A stretch of DNA of 64,000 nt from Halorutilales archaeon Cl-col2-1 (GTDB lineage: Archaea > Halobacteriota > Halobacteria > Halobacteriales > Afararchaeaceae). The position numbers were made by a program, and so were the translations under genes. Below the pieces are notes generated by a model. That model searched no databases. It was not told the origin of the DNA and saw nothing but the letters and a program-made list of their open reading frames with translations. Below are positions 59,190 through 64,000 of this stretch, in pieces. The DNA lies in NCBI GenBank assembly GCA_041891055.1, contig CP169074.1, positions 1,024,001 to 1,088,000 on the forward strand. The letters run 5' to 3'. Each line of letters starts with the position of its first letter. Within the stretch, counting starts at the first letter, position 1.

Positions 59190-60503
59190 ATGTCGTCGGA
59201 CGACGCAGCCGATGTCGTCGTCGTGGGGGCGGGAGTCTCGGGTCTGTGTCTCACGCATTTCCTACGGAGTAAGGGTATAGACGTCGTCGCATTCGAGTCG
59301 GAGCCGGAGCCGGGTGGAGTCATAGACTCCGAGACTGTCAACGGCAGACTCGTCGAGAACGGTCCCCAGAGAATGCGTTACACTGACGGCGTCGAGAAAC
59401 TCGTCGAGTCGGTCGGTATAGACGACGAGGTCATCGAGGCGAGGATGGAGGTGCCTATGTACGTCTACTTCGACTCGGAGCTACGTCTCGTGCCTTTCTC
59501 GGCTTCGGAGTTTCTGACGACTGACATACTCTCACTCGGAGGAAAGCTCAGAGTTCTCGTCGAGCCTCTCACCGACGGCGCGAAGCCCGACGAGACCGCT
59601 GGGGATATGTTCACGAGGAAGTTCGGCGACGAGGCGTACGAGAACGTGATCGAGCCTCTCTTCGGAGGTCTCTACGGCTCCGACCCCGACGAGATGTACG
59701 TGAGACACTCGCTCTCGCGGGTGAGGAGTATGGAGAAAAGAGAAGGTAGCCTACTCAAGCCGATGTTGAGAAGGGGTCTCTCGGGTGACGCGAGAACGCC
59801 GGCTGTCTCCTTCGAGGACGGGATGCAGACATTCACCGACGCCATCTACGAAGAGAACTCCGACGCGGTAGATCTGGGTACGGAGGTTGTCGGTATAGAC
59901 GAGAAGGAGGAAGACGGCTACGTAGTCGAGACCGACGACGGAGAGGTGGAGACGGAGAGGGTCGTCGTAACCACTCCGGCTTACGTCGCCGCCGACCTGC
60001 TTGAGGACTTAGACGACGAGACTGCGGAGTCACTCCGAAGCCTGAATTACAACTCAATAGCACTCGTACATCTCAGGTCGCCGGGATGTGACATCGAGGG
60101 CTTCGGATACCAGATAAGGAAGGACGAAAAGTACACGACCCTCGGTGTCACATTCAACGACAGCATATTCGACGCCGACAACAGAGACGGTATCTACACC
60201 GCATTTGTGGGCGGTGTCTGGAATCCCGAAGTCGTGACCGCCGACGACGAGACTCTCGAGGAGATAACTACGCAGGAGTTCGAGGAGATGACAGGCTGTG
60301 ACGCCGAGCTTATTAACGTGAGCCGGTGGGTCGACGGAATGCCGTCGTACGACACGTCGTGGGAGGCTCTCGACGGTCTTGAGACACCCGAGGGGATACG
60401 TCTGTGTTCGAACTACATCTCAGGTGTCGGTGTTCCGACACGTCTGCACGAGGCACGTCAGACCGCTGACGAGATCGCGCGAGAGGTCGAAGACGGTGTA
60501 TGA
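59190..60503 (+). CDS. hemY: HemY/HemG-type (copro/proto)porphyrinogen oxidase
   Basis: VGAGVSGL, ENGP, SFEDGMQTF, SNYISGVGV. Confidence 0.88.
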   Translation: MSSDDAADVVVVGAGVSGLCLTHFLRSKGIDVVAFESEPEPGGVIDSETVNGRLVENGPQRMRYTDGVEKLVESVGIDDEVIEARMEVPMYVYFDSELRLVPFSASEFLTTDILSLGGKLRVLVEPLTDGAKPDETAGDMFTRKFGDEAYENVIEPLFGGLYGSDPDEMYVRHSLSRVRSMEKREGSLLKPMLRRGLSGDARTPAVSFEDGMQTFTDAIYEENSDAVDLGTEVVGIDEKEEDGYVVETDDGEVETERVVVTTPAYVAADLLEDLDDETAESLRSLNYNSIALVHLRSPGCDIEGFGYQIRKDEKYTTLGVTFNDSIFDADNRDGIYTAFVGGVWNPEVVTADDETLEEITTQEFEEMTGCDAELINVSRWVDGMPSYDTSWEALDGLETPEGIRLCSNYISGVGVPTRLHEARQTADEIAREVEDGV

Positions 60504-60579
60504 CCAAGAAAAGTTATATACGCAAGGACTGATATATTCGTGTTAAGGTCATCTGGTCAAGAGACAGAGGGAACTATAC

Positions 60580-61170
60580 ATGGATGATGAAAATCAGGGA
60601 GAAGGGAACCCCGCAAAGGTGATGGTAGTCGACGACGAGAAAGACGTAGCAGATCTCTTTGAAGCTCTTCTTTCTCAGAGATACGACGTCGTAAAAGCGT
60701 ATGGTGGGGAGGAGGCTCTCGAAAAGATGGACGACACCGTAAACGTCGTCTTCCTCGACCGCCGTATGCCCGACCTGAGCGGCGACGAGGTTCTCGAAAA
60801 CATACAGGAAGACGACTCGCTCTCGCCCCACGTGGTCATGCTCACGGCTATAAGTCCCGACTTCGACATAATAGAGATGGGCTTCGACGACTACCTCACG
60901 AAGCCCGTCGACAGGGACGACCTCTACGACGCAGTCGAGAACTGTCTCGAAAGGGACGAGTACGACGACAAGGTCAACGAGTACCTCAGCTTAGTCAACA
61001 AGAAGACCGTCTTAGAGGAGGAGAAGTCACAGGAGGAGCTCGAACAGAGCGATGAGTTCTCGAACCTCGAAGACCGTGTCGACGAACTCCTCGGAGACCT
61101 CGATGAGTTACGTGAGGGATTTGTGGAGGAGGACGAGGAAGGATTCGAAGAAGAGTTCAAGAGACTGTAG
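60580..61170 (+). CDS. Response regulator receiver + HalX domain
   Basis: VVDDE, FLDRRMPDLSG, DDYLTKP, C-terminal coiled coil. Confidence 0.88.
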   Translation: MDDENQGEGNPAKVMVVDDEKDVADLFEALLSQRYDVVKAYGGEEALEKMDDTVNVVFLDRRMPDLSGDEVLENIQEDDSLSPHVVMLTAISPDFDIIEMGFDDYLTKPVDRDDLYDAVENCLERDEYDDKVNEYLSLVNKKTVLEEEKSQEELEQSDEFSNLEDRVDELLGDLDELREGFVEEDEEGFEEEFKRL

Positions 61171-61191
61171 TTAGTAGTTAGCTACGTTACG

Positions 61192-62643
61192 TCACGTCAG
61201 TTCGTCTACTGTTCTGTCTATCTCCTCGACCATAGCTGTCTGTTCCTGGTTCGCCGCGGCTATGTCGTCGACGCGTTCGGAGACCCTCTCAGCTTTCTCA
61301 GCGGCGTCATCTATCATACTCGCGACCTCCTCGGTCGAAGCCGCCTGGTCGTCGGTAGCCTGTGCGACCTCCTCTATTCCCTGGGCGGTCTCACGCACTG
61401 CCTCTGCGATCCTCTGTAAGTTCTGCATCGACTCCTCGACCTTCTCGACGCCCTCGTCTATCTGGTCGTTCGCCTCCTCAAGACTCTCGACGGTCTCCTC
61501 GGTGTCGTCCTGTATCTCCTCTATGAGGTCACCGATCTCGTCGGCACGTTCCTGTGATTCCTCGGCGAGGCTCTTGACCTCGTCAGCCACGACTGCGAAT
61601 CCCTCTCCTGCTTCACCCGCTCGCGCCGCCTCTATGCTCGCGTTGAGTGCGAGGAGGTTAGTCTGGTCTGCTATGTCGTTTATGACATCGACGACCTCGT
61701 CTATGTCCTCGACCCTATTCCTGAGGGACGTAACGTCGTCGGCGACCTCCTCGCCCGCCTCACCGACGTTTCTCATGACCTCACGTGTCCTCTCGGCGGA
61801 GTCGCGTCCTTCCTCGGCGAGTTCCTCAGCCCTCTGGCTCTTGGTGTTGACCTCGTCGGCACTCGAAGCGATCTCCTCGACAGTTGCACTCAGGTTCGAG
61901 ACCTCAGACGAGACCTCGTCCATCGACTCCGACTGTTCACGTGCGAGATCGGTTATCTCCTGCGAACTCTTGGCGACCTCGTCGGAGGAGTCCCTGAGTT
62001 CGGTCACCGACTCCTGTATCCTCTCCGAGACCTCGCGGCGTTTTTCGAGTTCGCCTTCCATCTCGTCCTTGTAAGCCTGTATGTAGGTGTCCATCGCTAC
62101 CTGCATGTCGAGGTTGGTTATACGGAGGTACGAGAGTGTGCGGTCGAGAGCCTCGTCGACCGCCTCAACGTTGTCGACCTCGTCACGGAGACGGTCGAAG
62201 ACCTCCGAGAGTATTAGGTCGTTGTAGACCATGTACATGCCTATGTAATGCTTGACGGGGAGGTCTACCATCTCGTGTAGCTTGCCTATCCTCGCACGGT
62301 TCTCGAAGTATCCCCTTCCGTACTCACCGCGTCCGAGGGGTATGAGGTATGTCCCGTGTACCGTCTTGAGAGGGTCGGTCTCACGTGTCGACCTGTGGAG
62401 AACCTCACGCGTCTCGTCGAAGGACGAGGTGTGATCGTAGAACTTCTCGGCGACTTCGTCTCTCACGTCGGCGAATATACGGCTCATACCCTGGAGTGTC
62501 TCGACGTCGGAGTCGTCGAACTCGACGAACTCCTTTCTGTGGCGGATCTCGTCGTCGTCGAGACCTATCTCGTCGGCTAGCTCCTCACCCGAGACCTGCG
62601 AAGCAAGATCGTCGCCCGTCTCGCCGTCCTTCGTCTTACTCAT
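61192..62643 (-). CDS. hemAT: Globin-coupled aerotaxis transducer (HemAT-like)
   Basis: Protoglobin N-terminus (KFYDH...RIGKLHE) plus MCP motif [33 protein letters not shown]. Confidence 0.9.
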   Translation of the reverse strand: MSKTKDGETGDDLASQVSGEELADEIGLDDDEIRHRKEFVEFDDSDVETLQGMSRIFADVRDEVAEKFYDHTSSFDETREVLHRSTRETDPLKTVHGTYLIPLGRGEYGRGYFENRARIGKLHEMVDLPVKHYIGMYMVYNDLILSEVFDRLRDEVDNVEAVDEALDRTLSYLRITNLDMQVAMDTYIQAYKDEMEGELEKRREVSERIQESVTELRDSSDEVAKSSQEITDLAREQSESMDEVSSEVSNLSATVEEIASSADEVNTKSQRAEELAEEGRDSAERTREVMRNVGEAGEEVADDVTSLRNRVEDIDEVVDVINDIADQTNLLALNASIEAARAGEAGEGFAVVADEVKSLAEESQERADEIGDLIEEIQDDTEETVESLEEANDQIDEGVEKVEESMQNLQRIAEAVRETAQGIEEVAQATDDQAASTEEVASMIDDAAEKAERVSERVDDIAAANQEQTAMVEEIDRTVDELT

Positions 62644-62761
62644 AAAACAAAGAGTCGGTCGAGTCTTATTTAAAGGTTGTCACGCGTTCCCATCCCACAG
62701 TATACGGGGCTGTGAGGTATGGAAAGACGCATATGTCGAAACTGCGTCTTAGTTAGTAGAC

Positions 62762-64000
62762 ATGAAACGACGTCCTGACTCCAAGGATCTCTTCGACAGA
62801 GCGATGCAGGTAATGCCCGGAGGCGTCTCGTCGCCCGTGAGAAACGTCGAACCCTACCCATTCTTCGTACAGAAGGGAGACGGGTCACGCGTCTGGGACG
62901 AGGAGGGCAACGAGTACATCGACTACTGCATGGGGTACGGTCCGCTTCTTCTGGGTCATGGACTCCCCGACAGGGTCGAGTCGGACGTCCAGAGTCAGAT
63001 AGCCAACGGCAACCTCTACGGTGCTCCGACACGTCTCGAAGTCGAGTTCGCCGAGTTCATAGCCGAGAGGGTACCCTCGGTAGAGATGTTACGGTTCGTC
63101 AACACGGGTACTGAGGCGACTATGTCGGCGATACGTGCCGCGAGGGGTTACACGGGTAAGAACAAGTTCATCAAGGTCGAGGGCGGTTTCCACGGAGCCC
63201 ACGAGGGCGCGCTCGTAAAGGCGGGAAGCGGACCCTCGACACTCGGAAAGCCCGACTCCGCCGGAGTTCCGCGTTCTTTCACACAGCACACCCTACAGGT
63301 TCCGTACAACGACATAGAGGCTATGACGAAAGCCGTCGAGGAACACTCCGACGACCTCGCCGCGGTCATAATGGAGCCCATAATGGGGAACTCCGGGATA
63401 ATTACGCCCGAAGACGGCTACCTCGAAGAAGTCAGGAAGATCACAGAGGAGCACGACGTCGTTCTGATATTCGACGAGGTCATCACGGGCTTCCGTCTCG
63501 GAACCGGAGGCGCGCAGGAGAAGTACGGCGTCACACCCGACATGACGACACTCGGAAAAGTCACGGGAGCGGGCTTCCCCATAGGTATCTTCGGTGGCAA
63601 GTCAGAGATAATGGAGAACGTCGCTCCTTCGGGAGACGTCTACCAGGCGGGTACCTTCAGCGGAAACCCCGTGACGATGGCGGCGGGATACTCCGCACTG
63701 AGGTACGCCGAGCGCGAGAACGTCCACGACTACGTCAACCGCCTGGGCGAGAAGATGCGTTCGGGGCTCGAAGACATAGTCGAAGACGAGAGACCCGAGT
63801 ACTCGGTCGGCGGTGTCGGAAGTCTGTTCAAGGTCTTCTTCGGAAACGACGGCGAGAAGCCGACCGACTACGACGAGGTCAACGCGTGTGACACCGACAG
63901 ATGGTCGCGCATATTCTGGGACGAGATGGTCGATGAGGGCGTCTTCCTGCCGCCGTCACAGTACGAGAGCCAGTTCGTCTCGTACGCCCACACCGAGGAG
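62762..64000 (+). CDS. hemL: Glutamate-1-semialdehyde 2,1-aminomutase, runs off window end
   Basis: Manual translation: MPGGVSSPVR, YIDYCMGYGPLLLGH, NTGTEATM, FDEVITGFR, TTLGKV, YQAGTFSGNP. Confidence 0.95.
   Translation, partial: MKRRPDSKDLFDRAMQVMPGGVSSPVRNVEPYPFFVQKGDGSRVWDEEGNEYIDYCMGYGPLLLGHGLPDRVESDVQSQIANGNLYGAPTRLEVEFAEFIAERVPSVEMLRFVNTGTEATMSAIRAARGYTGKNKFIKVEGGFHGAHEGALVKAGSGPSTLGKPDSAGVPRSFTQHTLQVPYNDIEAMTKAVEEHSDDLAAVIMEPIMGNSGIITPEDGYLEEVRKITEEHDVVLIFDEVITGFRLGTGGAQEKYGVTPDMTTLGKVTGAGFPIGIFGGKSEIMENVAPSGDVYQAGTFSGNPVTMAAGYSALRYAERENVHDYVNRLGEKMRSGLEDIVEDERPEYSVGGVGSLFKVFFGNDGEKPTDYDEVNACDTDRWSRIFWDEMVDEGVFLPPSQYESQFVSYAHTEE

Noticed and set aside
28533-62645. Many long antisense or alternate-frame ORFs (e.g. 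28533-29567, 37136-38011, 44005-44892, 51558-52238, 61262-62074)
   Set aside because: Shadow ORFs of high-GC acidic genes on the opposite strand; Ser/Arg-rich and without motifs

Overview
Haloarchaeal (class Halobacteria) DNA: the proteins are acidic, the ATP synthase is A-type, and ATA/AGA codons are frequent, which may point to a basal Halorutilus-like lineage (inference). The window has three parts. (1) 1-13.2 kb is a lower-GC surface-glycan locus: dTDP-sugar enzymes RfbA/B/D, FdtA/FdtB/GNAT amino-sugar genes, alkaline-phosphatase-superfamily 'sulfatases', a glycosyltransferase, an ABC exporter and decayed glycosyltransferase fragments. (2) 13.3-25.2 kb is an accessory island: a mobile-element-like head, then about 8 tandem toxin-antitoxin-like modules separated by a dispersed repeat family that includes an exactly 46-bp palindrome (AGCTAAC...GTTARCT). 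Five of the toxin-position genes are broken while all their partners are intact, and one is interrupted by a TnpB-only IS. (3) 25.4-64 kb is high-GC core genome: eIF1A, CspA, MutS-domain protein, Trm1, LUD proteins, aconitase, the complete atpHIKECFABD operon, MDH and heme/siroheme genes, plus three more TA pairs and a second TnpB element with a rearranged (Fanzor-like) RuvC site. The main candidates for novelty are the integron-like repeat-punctuated TA cassette array and a conserved structured 5' leader shared by two unrelated mobile-element genes 44 kb apart.
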